Assembly (NCBI GenBank): GCA_023229865.1 | Contig: JALNYL010000002.1 | Location: forward strand, 27,577 to 91,576 | Source of the DNA: Minisyncoccota bacterium | GTDB lineage: Bacteria > Patescibacteriota > Minisyncoccia > Phycocordibacterales > UBA1550 | DNA length: 64,000 nt | Direction of reading: 5' to 3' | Position numbers and translations under genes: made by a program | Notes under the pieces: generated by a model | Seen by the model: the letters and a program-made list of their open reading frames with translations, nothing else | Databases searched by the model: none | Told to the model about the DNA's origin: nothing | In this document: positions 18,779 through 28,922 of the stretch, piece by piece | How the letters are laid out: each line of letters starts with the position of its first letter | How positions within the stretch are numbered: the stretch's first letter is position 1

Positions 18779-20317
18779 ATGCAATTTTCAAAATTATTTT
18801 CAGCACAAGTTGTCGGACTCGTCGCACATATTATCGACGTTGAAGTTGATCTTTCAAAAGGACTCAATGCCTTTGCCGTGGTAGGTCTCCCGAGTACCTC
18901 GGTCGACGAATCACGCGACCGCGTCAGTGCTGCAATAAAAAATTCAGGATTTGATTCTCCAAAACAGAAAAATCAAAAAGTGGTGATATCTCTCGCCCCC
19001 GCAGAACTCAAAAAAGAAGGTGCGCACTATGATCTCCCTATTGCTCTCGCATACCTCATCGCAGCAGGCGAAACTCGCTTTGATCCCGCGGGGAAACTTT
19101 TCCTTGGAGAACTCTCTCTTGATGGCGTCCTTCGTCCCGTGCGGGGGACACTCCTTCTTGCGAGCGCTGCGAAAAAGGCTGGCTTCACTGAAATCTTTTT
19201 GCCCATTGAGAATGCCGAGGAGGCTGCGCTTGTCGAAGGCATCATGGTGTACGGAGTGCGCAATCTCCGTGAAGCACTCGATCACCTCGATAAAAATAAT
19301 AAATTTTTGTTGACTCCCTGTCCCCGAGCAGAAGTTTGTGACGTGGGTGCTGTAAGCCGTCAAAACATCGTCGATCTTTCTCATATTAAAGGACAAGAAT
19401 TTGCAAAGCGCGCACTCGAGATCGCCGCAGCAGGGAACCACAACCTCGCAATGTGGGGACCACCAGGCACTGGAAAGACTATGCTCGCACAAGCGTTTCC
19501 ACACCTTCTCCCTGATTTACAAAACGATCACGCACTTGAAGTGACTGGTATTCACTCCGTCGCGGGCACGCTCCGCGAAAACATTATGACGCGACCACCA
19601 CTTCGGGCACCACACCACACTGCTTCATATCCAGCAGTGATCGGCGGAGGCTCCACACCAAAACCCGGCGAGATCACACTCGCACATCGTGGTGTACTTT
19701 TCTTAGATGAATTTCCTGAGTTTGATCGTCGCGTGATTGAGTCATTGCGCGAGCCACTCGAAGAAGGACACATCCGCATCACACGATCAAAAGGTCATGA
19801 CACTTTTCCCGCGCGATTCATCTTGCTCGCTGCGATGAATCCTTGCCCTTGTGGAAAGTACGGGAGCGAGGAGCGTTGTACTTGCATGCCAGGCACTCTC
19901 GCGTCATACACGCGCAAGCTCTCGGGTCCCATCGTTGATCGCATCGAACTCTGGGTAAAAGTTTCTCACATGAGTCACGACAAGCTCGCAGAAAAAAGTG
20001 TGAGTGAATCAACAGAAGAAGTTCGTAGCCGTATCGCAAACGCGCGCGCCATCCAACAAGCACGCTTCGCAAACCACGCACGCAAGATTACTACCAACAG
20101 CGAAATGCGCGCAGATGACATCGAAGCATTTATCGAGCTCACGCCGAAACTCCGCACGCTTTTCAATGCGGCAGCGGAACGTCTCAAGCTTTCTCCACGC
20201 GCGCATCACAAGACGATCAAGGTCGCTCGCACGATTGCCGACCTCGACGCATCAGACGAAATTGAGGAGAAACATTTACTCGAGGCACTCGCATATCGAC
20301 CGACGGAACTTAAGTAG
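18779..20317 (+). CDS. comM: YifB/ComM Mg-chelatase-like AAA+ ATPase
   Basis: VGLP..SVDESRDRV, GPPGTGKT, RAPHHTAS, LFLDEFPEF, AMNPCPCG. Confidence 0.94.
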   Translation: MQFSKLFSAQVVGLVAHIIDVEVDLSKGLNAFAVVGLPSTSVDESRDRVSAAIKNSGFDSPKQKNQKVVISLAPAELKKEGAHYDLPIALAYLIAAGETRFDPAGKLFLGELSLDGVLRPVRGTLLLASAAKKAGFTEIFLPIENAEEAALVEGIMVYGVRNLREALDHLDKNNKFLLTPCPRAEVCDVGAVSRQNIVDLSHIKGQEFAKRALEIAAAGNHNLAMWGPPGTGKTMLAQAFPHLLPDLQNDHALEVTGIHSVAGTLRENIMTRPPLRAPHHTASYPAVIGGGSTPKPGEITLAHRGVLFLDEFPEFDRRVIESLREPLEEGHIRITRSKGHDTFPARFILLAAMNPCPCGKYGSEERCTCMPGTLASYTRKLSGPIVDRIELWVKVSHMSHDKLAEKSVSESTEEVRSRIANARAIQQARFANHARKITTNSEMRADDIEAFIELTPKLRTLFNAAAERLKLSPRAHHKTIKVARTIADLDASDEIEEKHLLEALAYRPTELK

Positions 20318-20419
20318 TAAGTAGCCACTAGTTGTTAGCCAATAGAAATACAGAACGCGAGCCTACGGCTCGCGTTCTGTATTTACTAGACCCTAGTGGC
20401 TATTGGCTAATTACTGCCC

Positions 20420-21595
20420 CTAGAACGGATTCTTTGCTCCACGAACTTCGAAGTGAAGGTGTGGCCCTGTTGACTTACCAGTGTTACCAACTTCACCAAT
20501 CATCTGACCCTTATCAACACGCGCGCCCACAGGAGTAAACACTGAACTCAAGTGACCATATAATGTCTTTGTGCCGTTAGGGTGTTCGATAATGATGTAG
20601 TTACCATAACCACTAAACCATGGGTTCGACAATGTTCTGAAGTTACTTACGATCACAACACCAGAAGCTGCTGCATACACAGGAGTCCCGATTGGGGCAC
20701 CGTAGTCAACACCATTGTTTCCATGAACTCCTTGAGTTTTGTGCCCAGCAGGGACAGGGTGTGTATAGTAGCCTGAATAGACAGGGAGCTTTGAAGAAGA
20801 ACGAACGGGGCTCGTCAAAACAGGGGCTGAAGACGAAGATTCACGTGCGCCAGGAAGAATGAGGACATCCCCTACAGCAAGCTTCGCACCACTTGTAAGG
20901 TCGTTAATTTCGAGAATATCATCGAGCGCACCACCATGTCTCTTAATAATGCTCTGAATAGTGTCGCCCTTTTTCACAGTGTACTGGATACCGTCGACAG
21001 GGAGAATAATGAGCGTTTGGCCCTCACGCAAAGCCGCCTTTGGGGCGAGATCGTTTGCCCAAAGAATCGTGTTTACAGAAAGGTCAAACATTTTAGCCAC
21101 CTGAGCAATGGTGTCCCCCGCGCGAACTACGTAGAGACTTACGTTTGCCTGGCGGTTATTTGATTCAATGTCTACCATGGTTCCCGACGGACCAACCTCG
21201 GCAATAAGAGCCTTGTCGTCTACAACAGTGATGTCGCCACCACCCATCGCCTTCTTTGAGTCAAAATTGTTGGCTCCCTCCAAAAAAGAAATCGTCTGAG
21301 AATTTTGGGCCTCAGAACGAAAAGCAGTCTCTGTAGACTTGTCAGACTTGCCCCAGAAATAAGAAAAAACGCTCGCTTGTGCTGTGGCAAGAGGAGCGCC
21401 GACCCCAGAAGTAACAACAGCCAAAAGAAGCCCGTTGCTCATGAGCTTTGTAAAATATGGGTATTTCGCCCAGCCTGTCTTCTCCCCGCGGCTGAGGTCC
21501 TGTAGTTTTGTAGAAATGTTTCTATGAGATAGGTATCGTGCTGGTCGTGCGGTCGTGACGGGAAAATATCTTCTGTTCGGCAAACCTGGGGCCAA
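20420..21595 (-). CDS. LysM-containing M23 family peptidase (start uncertain, possibly 21442)
   Basis: Two LysM domains, HGNNGVD, YGHL, TGPHLHFEV. Confidence 0.92.
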   Translation of the reverse strand: MAPGLPNRRYFPVTTARPARYLSHRNISTKLQDLSRGEKTGWAKYPYFTKLMSNGLLLAVVTSGVGAPLATAQASVFSYFWGKSDKSTETAFRSEAQNSQTISFLEGANNFDSKKAMGGGDITVVDDKALIAEVGPSGTMVDIESNNRQANVSLYVVRAGDTIAQVAKMFDLSVNTILWANDLAPKAALREGQTLIILPVDGIQYTVKKGDTIQSIIKRHGGALDDILEINDLTSGAKLAVGDVLILPGARESSSSAPVLTSPVRSSSKLPVYSGYYTHPVPAGHKTQGVHGNNGVDYGAPIGTPVYAAASGVVIVSNFRTLSNPWFSGYGNYIIIEHPNGTKTLYGHLSSVFTPVGARVDKGQMIGEVGNTGKSTGPHLHFEVRGAKNPF

Positions 21596-21771
21596 TCCCC
21601 GTGGTTATCTAAATGGTAGCACAAAGAGGTCCTTTCGGGTAGGGGGATGGGGAAATGCTGTGGATAACTCAAAACTGTTGACTTTTCGGTATAATTTTGG
21701 TGTAATATTTGTATCGAAGGAACTAATTCATTTGTGCGTAGACACAAAAGTGTGCGATAATTCAAAAAACA

Positions 21772-24700
21772 ATGGAACGTCCAGGAAATCCAAATTCTCA
21801 TCACGAAAACAGGGGTAACGTAGACTCCTCTCTTGGGGCACAACTCAAGGCAAAAGGCTATGTTATTGAAACCACCAAAATAGATCAAGACGAAAACCAG
21901 AAAGAAGAGCTAAAAAAGCTCCTTGAGGCAAAACTACGAGAAAAAACAAAGGGCGAGGATAGAAATCATGAAGGAAATGGCCGTCAGGCAGGACCTGAGC
22001 TTACCGCCGCCCTCAAAGAAGCGGGGGTTATTACCGCTGCGGAGCGCGCAAGCACTGTTGCTCAGTTCAATAAAGAAAGAAGTGTTCTTATTAACGAAAT
22101 CGCTGAGGCAAAAAACAACATAGTAGAAGCCTTAACAAAAAAGGAGGGGAGATTGGCCCACAACTGGGATATTCGCCTTAAAAAATCAAAGGATATTTTA
22201 CGTATTTACGAAGAAGCAGCTTCGCTTATTGACTCTGATGTGGGGAAACACGCCCTCGAAAGCGTGCGCGGATACGCAAAACTTCGATACAATCAAGCAG
22301 CAAAAGAGCTTGTGGCTGATAGTTTCGTGGAAACAGGGAAGTTTGTTGCGCAAAATCCTGCTTGGGTTCCAGCGGAAAAAATAAAGAAGGTTGAGAAGGA
22401 GCCCTCTTTTAAGGATGGCGTCCCTGTGCTCACAGGGTTTATTGATCCAAAAGAAATACGAACAGTCACAAAAGAACGAGGGGGTCGCGTTGAAACAAAA
22501 TACAAAGGCGACAATGAAATAACCCCGCCTGTTTTTGAAGAGGAAAAACTCACACCAAGTGAGCGTGTTTCACACCCTCAGGCTATCCCAACGGAAAGAG
22601 TTTCATACCCACGAGTCACACCAACAGAGAGGATTTCACACCCAGAAGAAACCCCATCAAAACTCACGCCGAGCGAAACAATTTCATCCCCAGAGAAAAA
22701 ACCAAGAGAAATTTCAAGAGTTGCTCCTGGTATCTATGACCTTGCCAAGAAAAACAAAGAGGAGGGCCAACGCGACATGGATGGGCTTTTCAAACTCACC
22801 CCAAGTGAAACCATCTCTTACCCAACAGAGGAAAAGCTGGCACCGAGCGAGAGTGTTTCATATCCACAAGAAGAATCTGTGGTAACATTAGTAGATAATC
22901 CTAGCGAAGAAACATCTATGAAAGAGAATTTTGAAGCACCAACAGGAGCAACTGCGGACAATTGGCAAGAGAGAGCTCTTGAGGCTTTTGAAAATGAGGG
23001 GGGTAAAATTGCTCACGAGAATATTCCTTCCGAGGAATCACCTATTATTAGTGCCTCAAACGAAGCCATCCTTAAGGAGGTTGAGGTTATTGCAAAAAGC
23101 GAGGCGGCGCCAGAGCTTAACATTCTTGAAGTTCCATTGTCTCCAGAGCAAGCAACTCTTCGTGAAAAACTTTTGAATAAAATTGGGGCAGCAAACGAAG
23201 CTGTAGACAAACGTGCAGAGAAACTCCCTTCATGGGCACTCGAAAAAGTTCGTTCACTTGGCGAAACCTGGAACAAAGTTCCTCTCCGTGAAAAACTTTT
23301 GATCTCTACGGGGATGATTATTTCGGGTTCAACGCTTGGACTCGGCGCCGCAGCAACTCCTGCGTTTATCGCCGCAAGCATCGCTCTTCGTAGCCTCGGC
23401 GGAGTGGGTATGTTTACAGCAATTGATCAGAAACTCAAAGAGCGATTTGAAACAAAGAACGGCACCGCGCGCTCACAAAAAGAGGAAGCAACTCATCTCG
23501 CCATTGCGGGAGGAATCGCAATTATTGTAGCAGGCGTTCTCCCTTCTATTGCGCGTGACTACGCACTCAATCATTGGTTCTCACCAGAGACTCCTGGGGC
23601 AGGGGCCACAACAACACCAGAAGGTGGCGCATCTGCTCCCACAAATCATATCGAGATTGCACAACCAGGCGACTCAGTATGGAAGATGGCAGAGCGCGGA
23701 CTCGCAGCAAGTCTTGGAGAAAAATTCACTGCGCTTTCAGCAGAACAGCAAACATATCTTATCGACGCGGTAAAAGATCAAGTAGTTGGGCACCCTGATC
23801 AGTTTGGACTCACTGATGCTAGTGCGCTTCAGGTTGGACAAGGTATCGACTTCGGAATTGTTTTAAACAATGGTGATTTCATAGAGGGAGCGCTCGCGGA
23901 AGCAAAAGGACTGAGCGCGGAAGATGTTGCAAACATCAAAGGGGGCGCAGCGGGAGCAGCTGAGACTGTCCCACAAGGAGCACACGCAGGAACACCTGAA
24001 GCGATTATTTCACCATCACACCCAACAGCAGAAGCTGCGGGACTCAAAGTAACATTCTCATACAACCCAGATGGAAGCATCAAGGGGTACTCAGCGAGCG
24101 AGGTTTCAAACTTTGTACAACACGCAGAAGCGGAGAAGCTTCTCAACGACAACTGGCGTGAGGTTGTACGCAATCACTCGCAAGCAGGGATGATGGGGCT
24201 TGATATTAGTTCCGTAAACACAACCGCAAATACTTTGTTCCAATATGATCAAGTATTGAATGCGCTCGAGCAAAAGGGTGCGGGCAATAGTCCTGAAGCA
24301 AACTTCCTCCGTGAACAACTTGAGAGACTCGTAGTTGATACAGAAAAAGAATATGGTGATGTGTTTAAGGACACCACAGAACTTTTCAAACCAGAGGCAG
24401 TATCTCCCACACTAGAGACACCACCCGTCGCAGCAGCGACCCCAGTACAAGAAGTTCTCTCTACTGATCCTAAAGTTCTCGAAGTTGCGGATAAGCAATT
24501 CCATAATCATGTCGACAATGTATTCGGCTCAAAAGGTTTCTTCGGGTTCGGCGCAGTAGACGGCACGACAACTCCAAACTGGAAAGACCCTGAAGTTGGT
24601 TTTGCAAACAAGACGATTGAAGAAATAATGGGGGCAAAACCAATCGTTCTCCCCGGAGAGGAGGTAGAGCATTTCGGCATCGAAGACCGCGCGGCGACAG

Positions 24701-24822
24701 AGAAAATGCAAGACTACCTTATGCGCACGTTCAATGAGACGGGGATCAAGGTGGAAAATGGAGAGACAGCAGAAAAGTATCTCAAGCGTGTATCAATGTT
24801 AAGTGTTATGCATAAAGGATAA
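21772..24822 (+). CDS. Large membrane-associated hypothetical protein with internal repeats and a LysM-like segment
   Basis: 1016-aa ORF; TP(S/T)E(R/T)(V/I)S(H/Y)P repeats; hydrophobic segments; AQPGDSVWKMA. Confidence 0.8.
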   Translation: MERPGNPNSHHENRGNVDSSLGAQLKAKGYVIETTKIDQDENQKEELKKLLEAKLREKTKGEDRNHEGNGRQAGPELTAALKEAGVITAAERASTVAQFNKERSVLINEIAEAKNNIVEALTKKEGRLAHNWDIRLKKSKDILRIYEEAASLIDSDVGKHALESVRGYAKLRYNQAAKELVADSFVETGKFVAQNPAWVPAEKIKKVEKEPSFKDGVPVLTGFIDPKEIRTVTKERGGRVETKYKGDNEITPPVFEEEKLTPSERVSHPQAIPTERVSYPRVTPTERISHPEETPSKLTPSETISSPEKKPREISRVAPGIYDLAKKNKEEGQRDMDGLFKLTPSETISYPTEEKLAPSESVSYPQEESVVTLVDNPSEETSMKENFEAPTGATADNWQERALEAFENEGGKIAHENIPSEESPIISASNEAILKEVEVIAKSEAAPELNILEVPLSPEQATLREKLLNKIGAANEAVDKRAEKLPSWALEKVRSLGETWNKVPLREKLLISTGMIISGSTLGLGAAATPAFIAASIALRSLGGVGMFTAIDQKLKERFETKNGTARSQKEEATHLAIAGGIAIIVAGVLPSIARDYALNHWFSPETPGAGATTTPEGGASAPTNHIEIAQPGDSVWKMAERGLAASLGEKFTALSAEQQTYLIDAVKDQVVGHPDQFGLTDASALQVGQGIDFGIVLNNGDFIEGALAEAKGLSAEDVANIKGGAAGAAETVPQGAHAGTPEAIISPSHPTAEAAGLKVTFSYNPDGSIKGYSASEVSNFVQHAEAEKLLNDNWREVVRNHSQAGMMGLDISSVNTTANTLFQYDQVLNALEQKGAGNSPEANFLREQLERLVVDTEKEYGDVFKDTTELFKPEAVSPTLETPPVAAATPVQEVLSTDPKVLEVADKQFHNHVDNVFGSKGFFGFGAVDGTTTPNWKDPEVGFANKTIEEIMGAKPIVLPGEEVEHFGIEDRAATEKMQDYLMRTFNETGIKVENGETAEKYLKRVSMLSVMHKG

Positions 24823-24834
24823 ATTAAAATAATT

Positions 24835-25128
24835 ATGGAAAATCAAGAACTTCGCGAAATAATAATAAAAGAACTTGGCATTGAAATTTTGCCCGAGGCT
24901 GCACAAAATGAAATCATCGGGAAACTCGGGGAGGTCATTTTGAAATCTGTCACCATTGCCATCTTTGAAAAACTTTCAGAGGAAGGGCGCGCGGAGTTTG
25001 AGCGCATAAGCAAAGAGGACGAACCAGAACTCATTCAGCGCTTCCTTGAAGAGCAGGTCCCTGACATGCAGACACTCATGGAGGAAGAGGTAAAGAGAAC
25101 ACTCAAGAGTCTTGCGGAAAAGGAGTAG
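24835..25128 (+). CDS. Small acidic helical hypothetical protein
   Basis: 97-aa ORF directly downstream of the large gene. Confidence 0.75.
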   Translation: MENQELREIIIKELGIEILPEAAQNEIIGKLGEVILKSVTIAIFEKLSEEGRAEFERISKEDEPELIQRFLEEQVPDMQTLMEEEVKRTLKSLAEKE

Positions 25129-25137
25129 GGGGTAGTC

Positions 25138-25199
25138 AAAAAATCACGGAAAAATGCGCGCGGGCACTAGTGCCCGCGCGCATTTTTCCGTGATTTTTT
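25138..25199. terminator. Perfect 62-bp palindrome / terminator
   Basis: aaaaaatcacggaaaaatgcgcgcgggcact|agtgcccgcgcgcatttttccgtgatttttt. Confidence 0.85.
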
Positions 25200-25245
25200 A
25201 ATCTATGGTAAAGTACAAACATAAATGATTAAATTCTCCTTACTC

Positions 25246-25272
25246 GTCATTGCGAGCGAAGCGAAGCAATCC
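25246..25272. repeat. RPE/REP-like short palindromic element
   Basis: gtcattgcgagcgaagcgaagcaatcc resembles GTCATTGCGAG...GCAATC palindromic elements. Confidence 0.5.
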
Positions 25273-25321
25273 TGGGCCCTGACTTTACAAACTTTCAACT
25301 TTTAAGCTTTACAAACTCATT

Positions 25322-27265
25322 ATGACCCACCTCGACCATCTGAACGACAAGCAAAAAGAAGCAGCCACTCACAAGGACGGTCCTATCCTCATCATCGCCG
25401 GCGCAGGTACGGGCAAGACCAGCACGCTCACGCATCGCATTCTCAACCTCGTAAAAGAAGGTGTGTCCCCGAGTGAAATCCTTGCGATCACCTTTACCAA
25501 CAAAGCAGCAAAAGAAATGCAGGAACGCGTGAATCATCTCCTTGAGAAGCATGGGTTTGACGCAGGAATGCGTTACGGCGATGCGCGACCATTCGTCGGG
25601 ACGTTTCACTCACTCGGTGTGTATATTCTCCGTGCACACGCGCAGGCTTTTGGTCTAAATAAACATTTCACGATTGTTGATAAAAATAGCGCGAGCTCTC
25701 TCATTAAAGAAGCAGTGAAGGAACAAGGGATTGATTCAAAACAATTTTCTCCTGACCGTATCGCCGGGGTCATCTCTCGTCAGAAAGGCGCGCTTGTCAC
25801 ACTCGCACAATACAAAGCAGACGTGGGCAACGCATACTTCCCGATGATTGTCGCCGCTGTGTGGGAACGCTACGAACGTTTACTCGCACGCGAAAGTGCG
25901 CTCGATTTCGACGACCTCATTTTGAAAACAGTACTCCTTCTTCGTGACCACCCAGAGATTCGACGCGAGTATCAAAATCGTTGGAAGTATATTCACATCG
26001 ACGAATACCAGGATACCAACGGCGTACAGTACGAAATGGCGCGCTTGCTTGCAGGCGAGACAATGAACATCTGTGCGGTGGGCGATGGTGATCAAAACAT
26101 TTACAGCTGGCGCGGCGCAAACCTCCAAAACATTTTAAATTTTGAAAAGGACTACAAGGGCGCACAAACGATTCTCCTCGAAGAAAACTATCGCTCAACG
26201 CAAACGATTCTCGCCGCAGCAAACGACGTCATAAAAAAGAACACCGTCCGCAAAGAGAAAAATCTTTTTACGCGTAATGGGGAAGGCGATAAAATATCTC
26301 TTATCGAAAGTTACGACGAGGGTGGGGAAGCACGCGCTATTGGAGAAAAAATAAAATCACTCATCGACAGTGGCACTGACCCCGAAGACATCGCGGTACT
26401 TTATCGTGCCAACTTCCAATCGCGCGCACTCGAAGAGGCATTTCTCATTATGGAGATTCCCTATCAGGTCCTCGGTGTACGATTCTTCGAGCGCAAAGAA
26501 GTGAAAGATATTCTTTCTTTTATACGTGCTGGGCTCAACCCCGAGAGTCTCTCTGATATCAAGCGCATCATCGACTCTCCTCCACGCGGCATCGGCAAGG
26601 CGACTCTCATGAAGATGTTTGCAAAAGAAGAAGACAGCCTAGCCCCAGCAGCACGAAAACGTGTTGCTGACTTCTGGGCACTCCTCGCATCAATCAAAGA
26701 GTATGCCCTCACGGAGAAAACTTCAAAGCTCATCCAGTTTGTTTCTGAAAAATCTGGCATTGAAAACTCGCTCAAGACAGGCAATGACGACGACAGCGAA
26801 CGCCTCGAAAACATTCACGAGCTCGTAACCCTCGCAACCAAGTACGATTTCCTTCCACCCGAAGAAGCGGTGGAGAAGCTCCTCGGTGACGCAGCGCTCG
26901 CAAGCGATCAAGACTCAATGATGAAGAGCGCGAGCGCAGTAAAGATGATGACCGTGCACGCAGCAAAAGGACTCGAGTTCCCCTATGTTTTTGTTACCGG
27001 TCTCGAGCAAGATCTTTTCCCTCACAAGAGAATGGGAGCAGGTCCTCAATCAAAAGAGGATAGTGAGGAAGAACGTCGTCTTTTCTACGTGGCTATCACG
27101 CGTGCAAAGAAGAAGCTTTTTCTTTCCTACGCATCTGTACGCACCATCTTTGGTCAGCGCCAAGTCAACCTGCCATCAGAATTCCTAAATGACATCGACG
27201 ATTCACTCACGGAGCACGAGACCGGAGACACCTCAAGCGAGCCTATCATCCGCCTCGACTGGTAA
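25322..27265 (+). CDS. pcrA: UvrD/PcrA ATP-dependent DNA helicase
   Basis: AGAGTGKT, DEYQDTN, YSWRGA, NYRST, TVHAAKGLEF, EERRLFYVAITRA. Confidence 0.96.
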   Translation: MTHLDHLNDKQKEAATHKDGPILIIAGAGTGKTSTLTHRILNLVKEGVSPSEILAITFTNKAAKEMQERVNHLLEKHGFDAGMRYGDARPFVGTFHSLGVYILRAHAQAFGLNKHFTIVDKNSASSLIKEAVKEQGIDSKQFSPDRIAGVISRQKGALVTLAQYKADVGNAYFPMIVAAVWERYERLLARESALDFDDLILKTVLLLRDHPEIRREYQNRWKYIHIDEYQDTNGVQYEMARLLAGETMNICAVGDGDQNIYSWRGANLQNILNFEKDYKGAQTILLEENYRSTQTILAAANDVIKKNTVRKEKNLFTRNGEGDKISLIESYDEGGEARAIGEKIKSLIDSGTDPEDIAVLYRANFQSRALEEAFLIMEIPYQVLGVRFFERKEVKDILSFIRAGLNPESLSDIKRIIDSPPRGIGKATLMKMFAKEEDSLAPAARKRVADFWALLASIKEYALTEKTSKLIQFVSEKSGIENSLKTGNDDDSERLENIHELVTLATKYDFLPPEEAVEKLLGDAALASDQDSMMKSASAVKMMTVHAAKGLEFPYVFVTGLEQDLFPHKRMGAGPQSKEDSEEERRLFYVAITRAKKKLFLSYASVRTIFGQRQVNLPSEFLNDIDDSLTEHETGDTSSEPIIRLDW

Positions 27266-27302
27266 ATTATTGTCCGGCAGTTCTATTTGCTATACTGTCA
27301 CT

Positions 27303-28916
27303 ATGTTAAAAAACCTAGTGAGCAAAATTCTTAAAGGCGATATCCCCAGCCCGAGTATCCCACAGTGGATTGCAGGGTTCACGGTTATTGTAATAATCCG
27401 CGCATTTCTTGAGATAAACGCAAACCCCCAAAATGCAGTTATTGGGATTGAAAACAGCAGCCGTGTTCATTTTGTTATTTTCTTTGCGCTCATTACTCTT
27501 TTATTTGCTCTTACTGTATCTATTTTTGCAAAACAACGAGGGAACACCGTTATCAACCTCGCCCTCTATGGGCTTCCGATTATCTTCATTGCCCCCATCG
27601 CGGACATTATGATTAGTGGGGGAAAAGGAGCTCATATGAGTTTTATTTTTGACACTGGATCAAAGCTTTTTAATGATTTTCTTCTTTTTGGAGGGGTAGG
27701 AAATGGGGCAAGCACAGGGATGCAGATTGAGGTGCTCCTGATTTTATCTGCCATTGGGTGGTATGTGTGGGCAAAAACAAAAAAGATTATGCTTGCGATT
27801 GGAGCAGTGCTTTCGTCATACACACTTCTTTTTATCGTTGCCGCTCTCCCAAGTGTTCTTTATATGATATCAGCATTAGGACAAGACGGGGCACTTGCGA
27901 CATACTCATATGATTTTATAGAAAAATCTGTAGTCGCATCAAATATCCCTACAAATATTCTCAATGAGGCACTCTCTTACCCGTCTCCAGCAAGACTTAT
28001 TACCCTCGGGACAACCGCTCTTTTTTCTCAAACACTTTTTATTCTTCTCTTTGTAGTTGGACTCGCTTGGTTTTGGTATGCACACTCAAGAATAGCAAAA
28101 GTTATTTTCAAGAATATCCGCACGTCGCGAATATTACTTGGGCTTGGACTTATCGCCCTCGGGGCATTTACCGCACACAGCGTGTTCTCTGTTGTGTTCA
28201 CGTGGGTTGATTGGGTTAGTCTCGCTGTTTTGGAAATCTCGTGGTTTGGCGCTTGTATGTATGCAATACACGTAAACGATATTGCCGACATAGAAATCGA
28301 CAAAATATCAAGCCCCGAAAGACCACTTCCAAAAGGAGATATCTCGATCAAGGAGATGCACGATATCGGTCTTGTGTGGCTTATCCTCTCTCTTGTTGGG
28401 GCATATCTTGTGGGATACCACGCATTCTTTATGAGCACTATTTTTACCAGTGCTTACTATCTCTACTCAGCACAGCCTCTTCGTCTCAAGCGCATACCAG
28501 TACTTTCTTCATTCCTTATTTCCATTGCGGTCCTCGTAACATTCCTTGCGGGATTCTTCTTTGCGTCTCCCGACAAATCAATCACAGAATTTCCCCTTCT
28601 TTACGCCCTTGGGATTATTATTGTTTTCACTCTTGGGGTTAACATCCGTGATATCAAAGACGTCGAGGGTGATCGCGCTGCAGGAATACAGACGCTCCCG
28701 GTAATTTTTGGGAAGCATGGGAGGCACATCGTTGGCGCACTTCTTGCTCTTAGTTTTATTTTGGCACCGCTCTTTCTTCCATTTTTCACTTCATACGCAG
28801 TGGCTATCCCTACAGCAATTGTCGGCTATTGGTTGTGTATAAAAAATCCATACGAAGAACATTATATTTTTATTCTCTTTTTCGTTTTCTGTGTTGCATC
28901 AATTCTTTTCCGTTAA
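27303..28916 (+). CDS. Multi-TM protein with a C-terminal UbiA-family prenyltransferase domain
   Basis: NDIADIEID...ERPLPKG and RDIKDVEGDRAAGIQTLP Asp-rich motifs. Confidence 0.85.
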   Translation: MLKNLVSKILKGDIPSPSIPQWIAGFTVIVIIRAFLEINANPQNAVIGIENSSRVHFVIFFALITLLFALTVSIFAKQRGNTVINLALYGLPIIFIAPIADIMISGGKGAHMSFIFDTGSKLFNDFLLFGGVGNGASTGMQIEVLLILSAIGWYVWAKTKKIMLAIGAVLSSYTLLFIVAALPSVLYMISALGQDGALATYSYDFIEKSVVASNIPTNILNEALSYPSPARLITLGTTALFSQTLFILLFVVGLAWFWYAHSRIAKVIFKNIRTSRILLGLGLIALGAFTAHSVFSVVFTWVDWVSLAVLEISWFGACMYAIHVNDIADIEIDKISSPERPLPKGDISIKEMHDIGLVWLILSLVGAYLVGYHAFFMSTIFTSAYYLYSAQPLRLKRIPVLSSFLISIAVLVTFLAGFFFASPDKSITEFPLLYALGIIIVFTLGVNIRDIKDVEGDRAAGIQTLPVIFGKHGRHIVGALLALSFILAPLFLPFFTSYAVAIPTAIVGYWLCIKNPYEEHYIFILFFVFCVASILFR

Positions 28917-28922
28917 CCCTCT

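Noticed and set aside
21540-21660. Riboswitch upstream of the LysM/M23 gene
   Set aside because: No recognisable c-di-AMP or other riboswitch consensus; may be coding sequence
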